A stretch of DNA of 63,169 bases, counting the filler, from Reclinomonas americana ATCC 50394 (taxonomy: Eukaryota), in the NCBI GenBank assembly GCA_048213135.1. It is 6 parts of 4 records of this genome, joined end to end, with 100 filler letters (N's around TTAATTAATTAA, not from the genome) between each part and the next. Parts side by side here need not be neighbours in the genome. Positions count along the whole stretch, not along the records: positions 1 to 25,719 come from PS015762.1; 5 more parts are not named here. The stretch is one strand, 5' to 3'. The translations under genes and the position numbers were made by a program. This document shows, piece after piece, positions 9,358-18,943 of this stretch (position 1 is the first letter of the stretch; each line of letters opens with the position of its first letter). The notes beneath the pieces were generated by a model. The model saw nothing but the letters and a program-made list of their open reading frames with translations, searched no databases and was not told where the DNA came from.

Positions 9358-10682
9358 GAGATCGCATCCCTTAGAGCGTCGCGCGTGACCCACCTTGACC
9401 TACCGCCACGCGCGATAGTTCCGGAAGGCGACCGAGCGATACTGGGGTGGAGGTTAAGATCGCTAGCCCCGACCGCCACGACGACGTCCGCGGCGGCGGC
9501 CGGCGCTGCCTCCCTAGCGAAATCAGCTTCGATCCGATGCAAGAACGTATTGGGAGCACGGAGCACGCGTACGCTGCGGCCGTTCACGCGCCAGTACGAC
9601 CCATCCGGTACGGCGCCTGCCGCCCGGAGTTCCAAAATTGTCAACCCAACCGCGGGCTCATTTGGCGGATCGCGATCTCTGGCTGGTTCCTGCGGTTGGC
9701 AGCCCAGCAGGTCGCGCCGCATGCGCCAGAGCGAGTCGAGATCTGTGGGTGGCGCTGCCAGGTAGTCGGCCCGCGGGGGAGAGCCACTGATCAACTCGAA
9801 CGCGTCGCTACCTTGCGCGAGCGATACCCGCACGAAGGCTTCTGAGTAGGCGCGACGCAGTGCCTCGAGGAAGTCGGCGCCAGAAGCCTTAAGGTGAAAA
9901 GCGCTGCCGGATCGGCCAGCAAGAGCGGACAGTTGAGGCGCCTTAGCGTTGAAGTCGGCTGTGGTCGACGGGTCCACAATTAGAACCGATGAAGGCGCAA
10001 CCACGCCCAACGTCTGCTCCAAGACCGCGTTCAGATAGTCCCAATCTGTTGAGTAACCAACGACGATGAGGTCCTTGTTGAGCAGGTTTGCCTGAAGCCA
10101 GGTTGAGCTCTGCTGGATTTTTTCACGGACCGGCGACGCACCAAGCTGGCCTGGTGCCCACACTGTATTGAATCTGTCAGCCACCCAGCAGCCGTGGATT
10201 TTCAGGAGAGGAGAGATCCCCACAGGAGCAGTAGCCAATGCGTGGCCATCCGTGCCGATGAAGACCTGACCGTGCAGATTAAGCCCCGCAGCCTCTATAA
10301 GCGGGTCTACATTTGTCGTGACTGCGAGACGAAAGCCGCCCGCAAGCAGAAGGTCAGCGACCGCAAAATGTCCGGGATTCGGTGCGCCGGCGAAGGCGCT
10401 GTGATCGATGTACTCAGTCAGGTAGACCGAGCCGAGGCGGCCATCTCGGAAAAAGAACTCAGCCTGCTCCTCAATCTGCGCAGGAAGTTCGGGAAGTACC
10501 CCAGCAAAGCGGGCATCGTATTTCCTCTTCGCTCTGTCGGCCAGTGTCCAAGCGCTGGGTAGAGTGCTGGGCGGCGCCATGGACAAGCCTGCGCCGGCGA
10601 GGAGCGCCAAACGACCTCCAAGCAAGTTTTGCAACGCCGACGCTACCGCGGCCGTCATATCGATAGAATCCATAGGAGGCAT
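9354..10682 (-). CDS. SIR2-like (NADase-type) effector protein
   Basis: LLAGAGLS..LPS, TTNVD, LLKIHGC, LIVVGYS are the SIR2_2 motifs; ~170-aa C-terminal extension. Start uncertain (10682/10673/10658). Confidence 0.85.
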   Translation of the reverse strand: MPPMDSIDMTAAVASALQNLLGGRLALLAGAGLSMAPPSTLPSAWTLADRAKRKYDARFAGVLPELPAQIEEQAEFFFRDGRLGSVYLTEYIDHSAFAGAPNPGHFAVADLLLAGGFRLAVTTNVDPLIEAAGLNLHGQVFIGTDGHALATAPVGISPLLKIHGCWVADRFNTVWAPGQLGASPVREKIQQSSTWLQANLLNKDLIVVGYSTDWDYLNAVLEQTLGVVAPSSVLIVDPSTTADFNAKAPQLSALAGRSGSAFHLKASGADFLEALRRAYSEAFVRVSLAQGSDAFELISGSPPRADYLAAPPTDLDSLWRMRRDLLGCQPQEPARDRDPPNEPAVGLTILELRAAGAVPDGSYWRVNGRSVRVLRAPNTFLHRIEADFAREAAPAAAADVVVAVGASDLNLHPSIARSPSGTIARGGRSRWVTRDALRDAIS

Positions 10683-10841
10683 ACTAGCGATGAGCCGCAC
10701 CGAAGCCAGCCACGATAGGTCGGGCGCTGTAAGGCTGCGGCCACTGGCATTAAGAACAGAGGAGCCAAATCGCTCATGCGGCGTGTGCAGCAAGGGTCCA
10801 ACTGCCGGTGCCCAGAGGCCGATTGAGCGCGAGGAGTTCTA

Positions 10842-12407
10842 ATGTCGCTCAAAGCCGGTCAACTCGACGTGCCAACAGGCGTCAATTCATCTGGCGTTTT
10901 CAGCGGCGACGCCGCGCGCCGTTTGATCGAGCAAATGCTCGATCAACATGAGGGTGGGATACAAGCGACTCTCGGCCAATATGACGGATCAGTCGCGGTC
11001 CCGGTCTGGCAGGAAACGTTGCGTTGTGTCGACGAATTCCTAAACGTTCTTTGGTTCGGCGTAGCGCCGGGACTCGATAGGGAATGGCTTGAGGCCTGCA
11101 CCCTCGACGAGCACATCATCCTGGACATGACCCGGATGCGGCGGATCACGCAGATCGTGGAGCAATCTTACGACCGCGGTGTTGCTCAGCGTTTCCGGCG
11201 GATGGTCATCCTCCTCGCAGAGGCCAACCGCGTCTTCAAAGAAAGGGGCATCGAGCCGACAGGCTTGCCGAACGGCCTTGATAATATTGCGACTGGCCAT
11301 GCGTATCTGCAATCGCGCCGGCGGCACTTCGTTTCTCTACTCTACGCGATGCCAACCGTCTGCGCCGGTGAAAAACCACTCCATGATTTGCTGGCCTTCC
11401 CAACCCTTGCCTGCGTCGTCGAGCATTGCTGCAACACGATCACGGGTCTGCACCAGAAGCAGTTGCTCCTCGAGGTCTATCCGGAGGACTTCACCCTGTA
11501 CGAGACGGCGGACGGCTTTCTTGGATCTCACTCGTTCGAGGAGCTGGAAAGCAACTTTCTTGAGCCGGAACGCCTCTCCATCGTCGGAATGAACCGGGAG
11601 CGCTCAGACCTGATAGCGCCGTACCACGACGAGCCATGTCCGTCCGGGCCGGTATTCTCAGCTGCCGAGCTGCGAAATAACGTCCGCCTGCTGATCGCGG
11701 CCTATTCGGCTTTTGGCGAGGACCCGGCTTTCTCCGCGATGGCGAGACTGATCATTGCGCTGTCACGTCGATGCGGTGACGATTATTGGATTCGACTGCC
11801 GCAGTCGCAGCTCGAAAGCATGCTTGCCAATCAAGCTGCATTCTCACCCGAGAAGGCCATGAAATGGCTTGTCGCGGGTCCGGGAACATACGCAGAGCAA
11901 ACCAATCGCCACCATCCATTCGTGGAAATTGATGGCATGCTTCATGGCAATGTCGTTCTGCTGACGCGGTTCTTGAACGAGTTTAAAAACGCGCACCTGG
12001 CAACCAGGCGCCGGTTCGTCATCCACTCGGGCTTTGCCTTCGAGGAACGGGTCAAAAGCAAACTGGCGGCCCTGGGATTTGACGTGCAGCCAATCAAGCG
12101 GATCGGCCGACGGGAGTTCGATGTTGTCGCCGTGCGGGGCGGCGTCATCTTCAACTTGCAATGCAAGAACAACGCTCTCGATCTCAATCAGATCGAAGCT
12201 CAACCACGCCTCGTCGCTGCAGCCAATCGCCGTTTAGTCGCGTACTATCGACGTGCTCTGAGGAAGGAGCGCGCGCGTCAGGGGTTGCTGCAGGCCGAGC
12301 TCGGCTTAACGCAGATCCGACATCTGGTGATCAGTCGCTTCCCGGTGATCACGAGTGACCCCTCAATCATCCCCTTCAATGCGATCGGCAAGCTCGCGGC
12401 GATGTAG
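10842..12407 (+). CDS. Hypothetical protein with C-terminal PD-(D/E)XK-like nuclease domain
   Basis: GAGGAG RBS; 521 aa; C-terminal SGFAFEERV...REFDVVA...NLQCKN (E..D..QxK). Confidence 0.6.
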   Translation: MSLKAGQLDVPTGVNSSGVFSGDAARRLIEQMLDQHEGGIQATLGQYDGSVAVPVWQETLRCVDEFLNVLWFGVAPGLDREWLEACTLDEHIILDMTRMRRITQIVEQSYDRGVAQRFRRMVILLAEANRVFKERGIEPTGLPNGLDNIATGHAYLQSRRRHFVSLLYAMPTVCAGEKPLHDLLAFPTLACVVEHCCNTITGLHQKQLLLEVYPEDFTLYETADGFLGSHSFEELESNFLEPERLSIVGMNRERSDLIAPYHDEPCPSGPVFSAAELRNNVRLLIAAYSAFGEDPAFSAMARLIIALSRRCGDDYWIRLPQSQLESMLANQAAFSPEKAMKWLVAGPGTYAEQTNRHHPFVEIDGMLHGNVVLLTRFLNEFKNAHLATRRRFVIHSGFAFEERVKSKLAALGFDVQPIKRIGRREFDVVAVRGGVIFNLQCKNNALDLNQIEAQPRLVAAANRRLVAYYRRALRKERARQGLLQAELGLTQIRHLVISRFPVITSDPSIIPFNAIGKLAAM

Positions 12408-12435
12408 TTAGTCAGCTGAGCAGCTGTCCTCGATA

Positions 12436-12963
12436 CTACTGGGGGTTCGTTGTGATCGCTGCGTCCAAAATCTGCCTGCTGGGTTCGTACTGGCGTGCAA
12501 GCTGCTTCAGCGCGGTTTCCGAGCCGATGGCCTGGAGGTAGCTTACCGTATCTTCAAGATCAGCAAGCTTCACGGCAATCGCCGCCCTGTGACCACTCGC
12601 GGCGAGTCCGCGGATGTAGTTGAGATAATCCTGGTTGTCGTCCGCAGTGAAATTTTCGATATCGCTGTAGTACTTCGCATTCGGCGGCGGCAGTATCTTT
12701 CGCAGAATCTCCGTCGTCTCCGAGCTCACCGATAATGCTTCTAGCTTCGCGAAGCCCCCCGTCGGATGCGTAATGACATCGTGAAGCAGGGCAGCCTCAA
12801 TCTGGTCTTCCGACGCATCGGGATCGCGAGCGAGCAACAGCTGCGCGACGCGTTCGAAATGCTCATATCTGGGCCTGCCGAGCGGATCGTGAGCGCCCTC
12901 ATGCATAGCTGCGACAACTTCAATGAGTTCGGCATAACGGGGGCTAAGATCAGAGATTCCCAT
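12436..12963 (-). CDS. HD-domain phosphohydrolase (RelA/SpoT-HD-like, stand-alone)
   Basis: PRYEHFERVA, AALLHDV, VKLAD; AGGAG RBS; 12 bp downstream of the monooxygenase. Confidence 0.75.
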   Translation of the reverse strand: MGISDLSPRYAELIEVVAAMHEGAHDPLGRPRYEHFERVAQLLLARDPDASEDQIEAALLHDVITHPTGGFAKLEALSVSSETTEILRKILPPPNAKYYSDIENFTADDNQDYLNYIRGLAASGHRAAIAVKLADLEDTVSYLQAIGSETALKQLARQYEPSRQILDAAITTNPQ

Positions 12964-12975
12964 GACAGGCTCCTT

Positions 12976-14058
12976 TCAAAGTTGCTGGAGGGTGGTGCCC
13001 GGAACAAAATGCGGCTCTTGTTCGGGACGCCCGCGATCAAGGGCTCGCGAACGGACCAGACGAACGGCCTCATCCTGAATGACCTCGACTACCGGCCGTT
13101 GCGCCTGCTCCCATTTCAGGAGAGCCCGATCCAGATCGGGGGAAGCTTCAATGTGTGATGCGAGCGCGATGGCATTGCCGAGACCGACATTCGCTCCCTG
13201 ACCGCGGCTGGACGGCATGGCGTGCGCGGCGTCGCCGACGATAGCAACACGCCCCTTCGACCACAGGCTGAGCGTGATCCTGCCATAGCGATCAAACCGG
13301 ATAGCGTTCCCGGCTTGCTTTAGAAGTGGCTCGAACTCCGGAAAGCTTGTCGACCAAAGATCGACATTCACCGGCAGTTGCATGGCATCGACATCGCTCA
13401 CCGGAGCCATCAAGGCAAGGTAGCAATGATCGGCGGTACAAGGCGTGTATAACACGCGGAGAGGGCGCTTGCCGTACCTCCAGAAATCGATCGCGCCGTC
13501 CCATTGCGGCCCACGCAGGCTGCTTCGCCTTGCCAGGACGCGGATCAAGCCCTCAGAGAAGCGCTCGCGCGACTGCTCGATTTTGAGATCGCGGAAGGCT
13601 TGCGAACCCACGCCGTCAGCCGCGACAACCAAATCCGCTTCGTTCCGCCGGCCATCGGCCAGCGTCACGACGCCCTCGGCATTCACATGGTCGGCATGGG
13701 ACCCGGTGGCGATGACAACGTCGTGTTGCCGGGCCGCCTTCACCAATAGGTCGTGCAAGTCCTGACGCAGCATCGTTCGGAAGAGGTCTGTATTGGCCTC
13801 GTGCGTGCTGCGAACACCGTCGACGCGCGTCTCGAAGAAGGGCGGCCGCCAGGCTATGCTCTCGAACTCATCACAGAGACCGAGTGCGTTCAGCGCCTGA
13901 GCACCCTGCGACTGGATGTATAAGCCGCCTCCGCTCGGCCTGAGAAATTGCGCCGATTCATGAACGCGAACGCTCCAGCCGATCCGACTTAGAGCGATTG
14001 CGATGGCGAGCCCGACAGGGCCAGCACCGATGATTTCCGCCTTCTTAGCCATCGCCAT
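12976..14058 (-). CDS. FAD-dependent monooxygenase, MHPCO-like (hydroxypyridine ring oxygenase family)
   Basis: GAGPVG, ADGVGS, GDAAHAM..GQGAN; internal segments GLIRV, WDGAIDFW, RVLYTPC, YLALMAP resemble MHPCO as I recall it. Confidence 0.85.
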   Translation of the reverse strand: MAMAKKAEIIGAGPVGLAIAIALSRIGWSVRVHESAQFLRPSGGGLYIQSQGAQALNALGLCDEFESIAWRPPFFETRVDGVRSTHEANTDLFRTMLRQDLHDLLVKAARQHDVVIATGSHADHVNAEGVVTLADGRRNEADLVVAADGVGSQAFRDLKIEQSRERFSEGLIRVLARRSSLRGPQWDGAIDFWRYGKRPLRVLYTPCTADHCYLALMAPVSDVDAMQLPVNVDLWSTSFPEFEPLLKQAGNAIRFDRYGRITLSLWSKGRVAIVGDAAHAMPSSRGQGANVGLGNAIALASHIEASPDLDRALLKWEQAQRPVVEVIQDEAVRLVRSRALDRGRPEQEPHFVPGTTLQQL

Positions 14059-14093
14059 TCCGGATTCGCGTTATCCATCGGCTATCACTCCAT

Positions 14094-14196
14094 ACATATT
14101 ATGACAAGTGATTAAATTTATGCAAAGACCTCATTCTGCGCCATATTTATCTATTTTTGGGCGCTTGCACGACAATCAAATCATGTCATGATGTGT
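14094..14196. promoter_or_regulatory. Divergent promoter region with a pair of candidate GntR/HutC operators
   Basis: AT-rich spacer; ACATATTATGACA (14094-14106) is an 11/13 inverted match to TGTCATGATGTGT (14184-14196); palindrome ATCATG-T-CATGAT at 14180-14192. Confidence 0.4.
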
Positions 14197-14198
14197 TC

Positions 14199-14990
14199 AT
14201 GTCCGCTGAACATTTTCACCCCGTCTCCGCTCCGCTCTATCGCCAGGTCGAAGAGCATTTGGCGCGCCAGATCCACACGGGGGCGTATGCTGCGGGGTCC
14301 TTGCTGCCGTCGGACGCGCAGCTCTGCGAAATGTATCGCGTCAGCCGCATTACCGTGCGAGGCGCCATCGACCGCCTCGTCGCAGCCAACCTTGTGCGCC
14401 GCCAGCAGGGTGTCGGAACGTTCGTGCTCGGACCCGAGCAGGGTGTTCAGACGGCGCGCCTTGTCGGCTACGTCGACGAGATTCATCCCTATATGAACTT
14501 CTCGATGATCGAGAGCGGCCGGCTTCCGCTCCCGGCTTCGGTCGCCGCCTTGTTGGGAGCCGAGGAGGGTCGCCCGTGCCAATGCTTCGTCGGGGTCAAC
14601 CACATCGGCAAGGAACCGCTTTCCTACCTCGAGGACTATTACCCCGACGATGTCGCGGGCTTTCTGGCTGAGAAGGACTATCTCGGCACGCTGCCGCCTA
14701 TCCGAATTGTGGAAATGCGTAGTGGTCGGCGCTTCAGCCATGCCTCCCAGAAGATCGACGCCGTCGCAGCCCCCGAGCGCGTCGCGCATGCCCTCGGCCT
14801 TGCAGTGGATCAGCCCCTAATCAAGATGGAGCGGGTCTATTACGCGGCCGACAAGAGCGTTCTGGATGTGGCGGTCGCCCACTATCACCCGACACGATAC
14901 CAGTTCGAGATCAAGATCGTGCCGCGCGGCTTGAGACCGCGCCAGGACGGGACCCCCTTGGCATCGGACCGTGACGATCAGGCCGACTGA
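14199..14990 (+). CDS. GntR-family regulator, HutC/UTRA subfamily
   Basis: PLYRQV, LPSDAQL..YRVSRITVR.A..RRQQGVGTFV; UTRA-like C-terminus. Confidence 0.9.
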   Translation: MSAEHFHPVSAPLYRQVEEHLARQIHTGAYAAGSLLPSDAQLCEMYRVSRITVRGAIDRLVAANLVRRQQGVGTFVLGPEQGVQTARLVGYVDEIHPYMNFSMIESGRLPLPASVAALLGAEEGRPCQCFVGVNHIGKEPLSYLEDYYPDDVAGFLAEKDYLGTLPPIRIVEMRSGRRFSHASQKIDAVAAPERVAHALGLAVDQPLIKMERVYYAADKSVLDVAVAHYHPTRYQFEIKIVPRGLRPRQDGTPLASDRDDQAD

Positions 14991-15044
14991 CAGGCCGCGG
15001 AGGCCGGCCTGCCGAACAAAACCACAATAACGAGGGGATTGCGC

Positions 15045-16118
15045 ATGACGAATCTGGACAAGCCCGCACTATCTCGACGGCGCTTCAACAATCTGGTGCT
15101 GGGTGCCGTCCCGGCCCTTGCGGCCGCCCGGCCGGCCCTTGCGCAATCGAAGGACCTCCGGGTCGTGATTTCCGCCGTCTACCGGAAATCTTTCGAAAGC
15201 TTCATCGTTCCAAAAATGAAGGAGCTCTATAACGTCAACGTCATTCCCTCGCCCTTCCTCAGCGGAGAAGCCCTTACGCGAGCCATCGCGCAGCGCGAAA
15301 ACCCTAGCATCAGCCTGTTCACGCTTGATCAGGGGCCGTGGCTGCAAGGCAAGGAAGTGGGCCTGTGGCTGACGCTCGACCCGAAGCGGGCGCCTAGCCT
15401 GGAGAACGTCTTCAAGAATTACCGCGACACTGATGGCAAGGGGTCGGCGGTGTTCAGCTATCTTCTGGGGCTGCTTTATGACGAGGCGGCCCTTAGGTCA
15501 GCAAATGTCGAAGCGCCCACATCATTCTTCGACATGTGGAGGCCCGAATACAAGAGTCGCGTCACTATTCCGCAATTTTCTAGCACGTTTGCTTTCATTT
15601 TGTTGGCTGAGACCGACCGTCTGCTCGGGGGCTCGCCAGCCGGGCCGTTCGACAAGGGATTCTCCAAACTCCGAGAACTGAGGCCAAATATCGCGAGCTT
15701 CGTCGGACCCGCGGGGCAATACATCCAGCTCTTCCAGCAGAAGGAGATCTGGCTGACGCAAGGAGCCCATTTCACCGCTCTGCAGGCATCGAGGGCCGGT
15801 CTGCCTGTGGTGTGGAAGTTGCCGAAGGAAGGGGCGGTCGCTGTCGCCCACTACATGGGCATACCCAACAATGCGCCAAATCTCGATGAAACCTACAAGC
15901 TCATAGAGCTCATGCTTTCGCCTGAATATCAGAAGCAGATCGCCATGATCGACTTCATGGGACCGGTGAACGGCAAGACCGAGCTCGACCCCGCCTTTGC
16001 CGCTGGCTTCCCGTTGACGCGCGAAGCGGTGGAGAGCGCCGCTCAAGTGCCTTGGGCTGCCTATGGTCGCGACCGCATCGCGCTAGGCGAGCGCTGGCAA
16101 CGCGAGATTCAGGCGTAA
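15045..16118 (+). CDS. ABC transporter substrate-binding protein (PotD/polyamine-like)
   Basis: Tat signal SRRRF; PTSFFDMWRPEYKSRV, PKEGA, LSPEYQ; first gene of an ABC operon. Confidence 0.85.
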   Translation: MTNLDKPALSRRRFNNLVLGAVPALAAARPALAQSKDLRVVISAVYRKSFESFIVPKMKELYNVNVIPSPFLSGEALTRAIAQRENPSISLFTLDQGPWLQGKEVGLWLTLDPKRAPSLENVFKNYRDTDGKGSAVFSYLLGLLYDEAALRSANVEAPTSFFDMWRPEYKSRVTIPQFSSTFAFILLAETDRLLGGSPAGPFDKGFSKLRELRPNIASFVGPAGQYIQLFQQKEIWLTQGAHFTALQASRAGLPVVWKLPKEGAVAVAHYMGIPNNAPNLDETYKLIELMLSPEYQKQIAMIDFMGPVNGKTELDPAFAAGFPLTREAVESAAQVPWAAYGRDRIALGERWQREIQA

Positions 16119-16129
16119 GGGAAGCCGCA

Positions 16130-17212
16130 GTGCCCGAAAGACAGCCGCCCGCAGCCTCGCTCACCATTACAGGCCTGACGAAATCGTTCGGCGGCGTACA
16201 GGTGCTGAAAGGAATCGACCTGGCCGTGGCGCCGGGCGAATTTATCTCGCTTGTCGGCCCTTCGGGGTGTGGCAAGACCACGACGCTGAACATCATTGCC
16301 GGTTTCGAGGCGCCCAATGGCGGCGATATCCGCATCGACGACGCCTCGATCGTGAAGCTGCCTTCCTTTCGGCGCGGCCTCGGCATGGTCTTCCAGAGCC
16401 ACGCCCTGTTTCCACATCTGACCGTTGCCGAGAACATCGGCTTTGGCTTGCTGATGAGGAAGCGTCCCAAATCGGAAATCGCGAGGCAGGTCGGCCGCGC
16501 GCTGGAGATGGTTCGCCTCGAGGGTTTCCAAAATCGCTATCCGCGGGAATTATCGGGCGGACAGCAACAGCGCATCGGGCTCGCAAGGGCGCTGACGGTC
16601 GAGCCGCGTATCATTTTGCTCGACGAGCCCTTGAGCAGTCTCGACGCCAAGCTGCGACGCGAGATGCAGTTTGAAATCCGTCAGATCCAGCAAGAGGTCA
16701 AGACGACGGCGATCTATGTGACGCATGATCAGGAGGAAGCGCTGACGATGTCGGACCGCATCGTCCTGATGAACAAGGGTGTGGTGGAACAGGTCGGCAG
16801 TCCGATCGAACTGTATTCGCGTCCGACGAGCGAATTCTCGGCTGCATTCATCGGCCATGCGAGCTTCCTCGATGGCAGGGTTTTCGACGCGGCCGCTGGG
16901 CGCGTCGCCCTCGACGACGGCGTATTTGCAAATGTGGCGGATTGTCGATCCCTAACAGCGGGCGAGCAGGTTCGGCTCGCCGTCAGGCCGGATCGCGTTC
17001 ATCTGGACCTCGGCGATGGCGATTTCGCCGGAACCTTGGTGACGCGCGCCTTCGTCGGTCCCATCCTGCATTGCGAGGTCGTCTTGCCAGGTGGAGCTCG
17101 CCTTCAGGCACATGTTCCGGCACGGACGGGCCTTGCTGCGTCGGCGGGAGACCGCGTTTCGATCAGGATTGAGCCGCAGGACTGGCTGGTTATTCAGGCC
17201 GGAGCCAGATGA
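16130..17212 (+). CDS. ABC transporter ATP-binding protein (PotA-like, TOBE domain)
   Basis: GPSGCGKT, LSGGQQQR, LLDEP, VTHDQEEA; GTG start at 16130. Confidence 0.93.
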   Translation: MPERQPPAASLTITGLTKSFGGVQVLKGIDLAVAPGEFISLVGPSGCGKTTTLNIIAGFEAPNGGDIRIDDASIVKLPSFRRGLGMVFQSHALFPHLTVAENIGFGLLMRKRPKSEIARQVGRALEMVRLEGFQNRYPRELSGGQQQRIGLARALTVEPRIILLDEPLSSLDAKLRREMQFEIRQIQQEVKTTAIYVTHDQEEALTMSDRIVLMNKGVVEQVGSPIELYSRPTSEFSAAFIGHASFLDGRVFDAAAGRVALDDGVFANVADCRSLTAGEQVRLAVRPDRVHLDLGDGDFAGTLVTRAFVGPILHCEVVLPGGARLQAHVPARTGLAASAGDRVSIRIEPQDWLVIQAGAR

Positions 17213-18138
17213 ACGAGGCAACGCTCACCAGAACGCTCACGGGCGTCCCGATCATCCTGCTGCTGCTGGTNNNNNNNNNNNNNNNNNNNNCCGACTCACC
17301 AGAACGCTCCACGGGCGTCCCGCTCATCCTGCTGCTGCTGGTCTTTTTCGTCCTTCCCCTCAGCATGGTGCTTGTGCTCGCCTTCAGGCCCTTCGACGCG
17401 CAGGCGATCGTCGGAGCGAGTTGGACCTTGGGGAATTTCCGGCGCTTCCTGCTCGATAGCAGCTACCTGCTGACTCTCTGGAGGACCGTCTGGATATCTC
17501 TCGCGATCACGGTCCTGACCATCGTATTCGGCTATCCCATCGCGTGGCATCTCAACGGGCTTAAATCCAGGAGCGCACGGCTTTGGCTGACGCTCATCGT
17601 CCTGCTGCCGCTGATGACCAGTCTTGTCGTCTCGTCTTTTGCCTGGGTGTTCATCCTCGGCAACAACGGTGTGGTTAGCCATGCCTTGCAATGGCTGAAG
17701 CTCCTTGATCGACCGACCGGCTTCCTCAACACCACGACCGGGGTCATCATCGTCAGCACCTATAGTTACATATCCTTCTCCATCCTCGCGATCTTCGCGA
17801 CCTTGCAGACGATCAACCAAGGCTTCGCCCGTGCTGCGGCCGTGCATGGCGCCAGCCCCTTTCAGACCTTTGTTCGCGTTGTCCTGCCCTTGAGCATCCC
17901 CGGGATCGTTTCCGGCGCGCTTATCGTCTTCGCCTTGTCCATGGCCGGTTTCGTAGTGCCGTTCCTGATAGGCGGCGGCCGCGTATCGGTGATTCCGCTG
18001 CTTATCTTCCAATTTACGCTTCAGCTCTTCGATTGGCCGGGTGCGGCCGCTCTCGGCGTCATTCTTTTCGTTCTCACTCTCGGCCTCACCTGGGCGATCT
18101 CGACCGCCGCCCAGCGCTTGACCCCATGGGAGCGGTGA
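17209..18138 (+). CDS. ABC transporter permease (PotB-like); short N gap with duplicated flanks
   Basis: Multiple TM segments, AAAVHGAS (EAA-loop-like), LPLSIPGI. Confidence 0.88.
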   Translation: MNEATLTRTLTGVPIILLLLXXXXXXXXDSPERSTGVPLILLLLVFFVLPLSMVLVLAFRPFDAQAIVGASWTLGNFRRFLLDSSYLLTLWRTVWISLAITVLTIVFGYPIAWHLNGLKSRSARLWLTLIVLLPLMTSLVVSSFAWVFILGNNGVVSHALQWLKLLDRPTGFLNTTTGVIIVSTYSYISFSILAIFATLQTINQGFARAAAVHGASPFQTFVRVVLPLSIPGIVSGALIVFALSMAGFVVPFLIGGGRVSVIPLLIFQFTLQLFDWPGAAALGVILFVLTLGLTWAISTAAQRLTPWER

Positions 18139-18139
18139 G

Positions 18140-18916
18140 ATGCGCTGGCTCGGCAGGCTTTTCATTGCATCGATCTACGCCGCGCTACTTGCGCCCGTCG
18201 TCCTCGTAATCGGCGCGTCCCTCACCAGCGGCGATTATCTTCAGTTTCCGCCAAATGGGCTGTCGTTGCGCTGGTACGGGGCAATGCTGAACGATCGCGA
18301 GATGGTCGGTGGCCTGAAGATCAGTCTCCTGGTGGCTGCCGCGACGGTCGCCCTCTCGGTACCCATCGGCGCGCTTGGCGCGATCTATGTCGATACTCTG
18401 CCCAGATCCCGCCGAGCGGTCGTTGCCTCGCTATTCCTGACGCCTATCAGCGTGCCACTCGTTCTGACTGGCTTCGCGCTGCTCGTGCTCTTCACCAAGC
18501 TCGAACTGCTCAATCTTGCGGGGCTCATCATCGGCCATACGGTGATCGCAGTGCCCTACGTGCTGCGCACGGCGCTCGCCAGCCTGTCGCTGAACGATCA
18601 GGCCGTGCCACGAGCCGCCGCCATCCTCGGAGCGCGTCCGTGGAAAGTCCTTTGGCATGTGACATTGCCGCTGCTGCGTCCAGGACTGGTCTCCGGAGGG
18701 CTCTTCGCGCTGCTGACGTCGTTCAACAACGTCGCGACCTCCGTCTTCATCGCAGCACCGGGCGACAATCCGCTGCCCGTCGTGATCTTCAGCCGGATGG
18801 ACAATCTCGGTGAGCCGTCCATCGCGGCAGCAAGCGCCACGACCATTATCCTCACCGCTCTCACCTGCCTGGTTTTGGAGAAACGCTATGCCCTGTTCCG
18901 GTCACTCGGCGGCTGA
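18140..18916 (+). CDS. ABC transporter permease (PotC-like)
   Basis: FPPNGLSLRWY, AAAILGARP, VTLPLLRPG. Confidence 0.9.
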   Translation: MRWLGRLFIASIYAALLAPVVLVIGASLTSGDYLQFPPNGLSLRWYGAMLNDREMVGGLKISLLVAAATVALSVPIGALGAIYVDTLPRSRRAVVASLFLTPISVPLVLTGFALLVLFTKLELLNLAGLIIGHTVIAVPYVLRTALASLSLNDQAVPRAAAILGARPWKVLWHVTLPLLRPGLVSGGLFALLTSFNNVATSVFIAAPGDNPLPVVIFSRMDNLGEPSIAAASATTIILTALTCLVLEKRYALFRSLGG

Positions 18917-18943
18917 GCCGTCCGAGCGCAGCGGAGCGCCGTC

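Noticed and set aside
17224..17342. Apparent tandem duplication in the permease 5' end
   Set aside because: The near-identical copies flank a 20-N gap; unmerged contig overlap.
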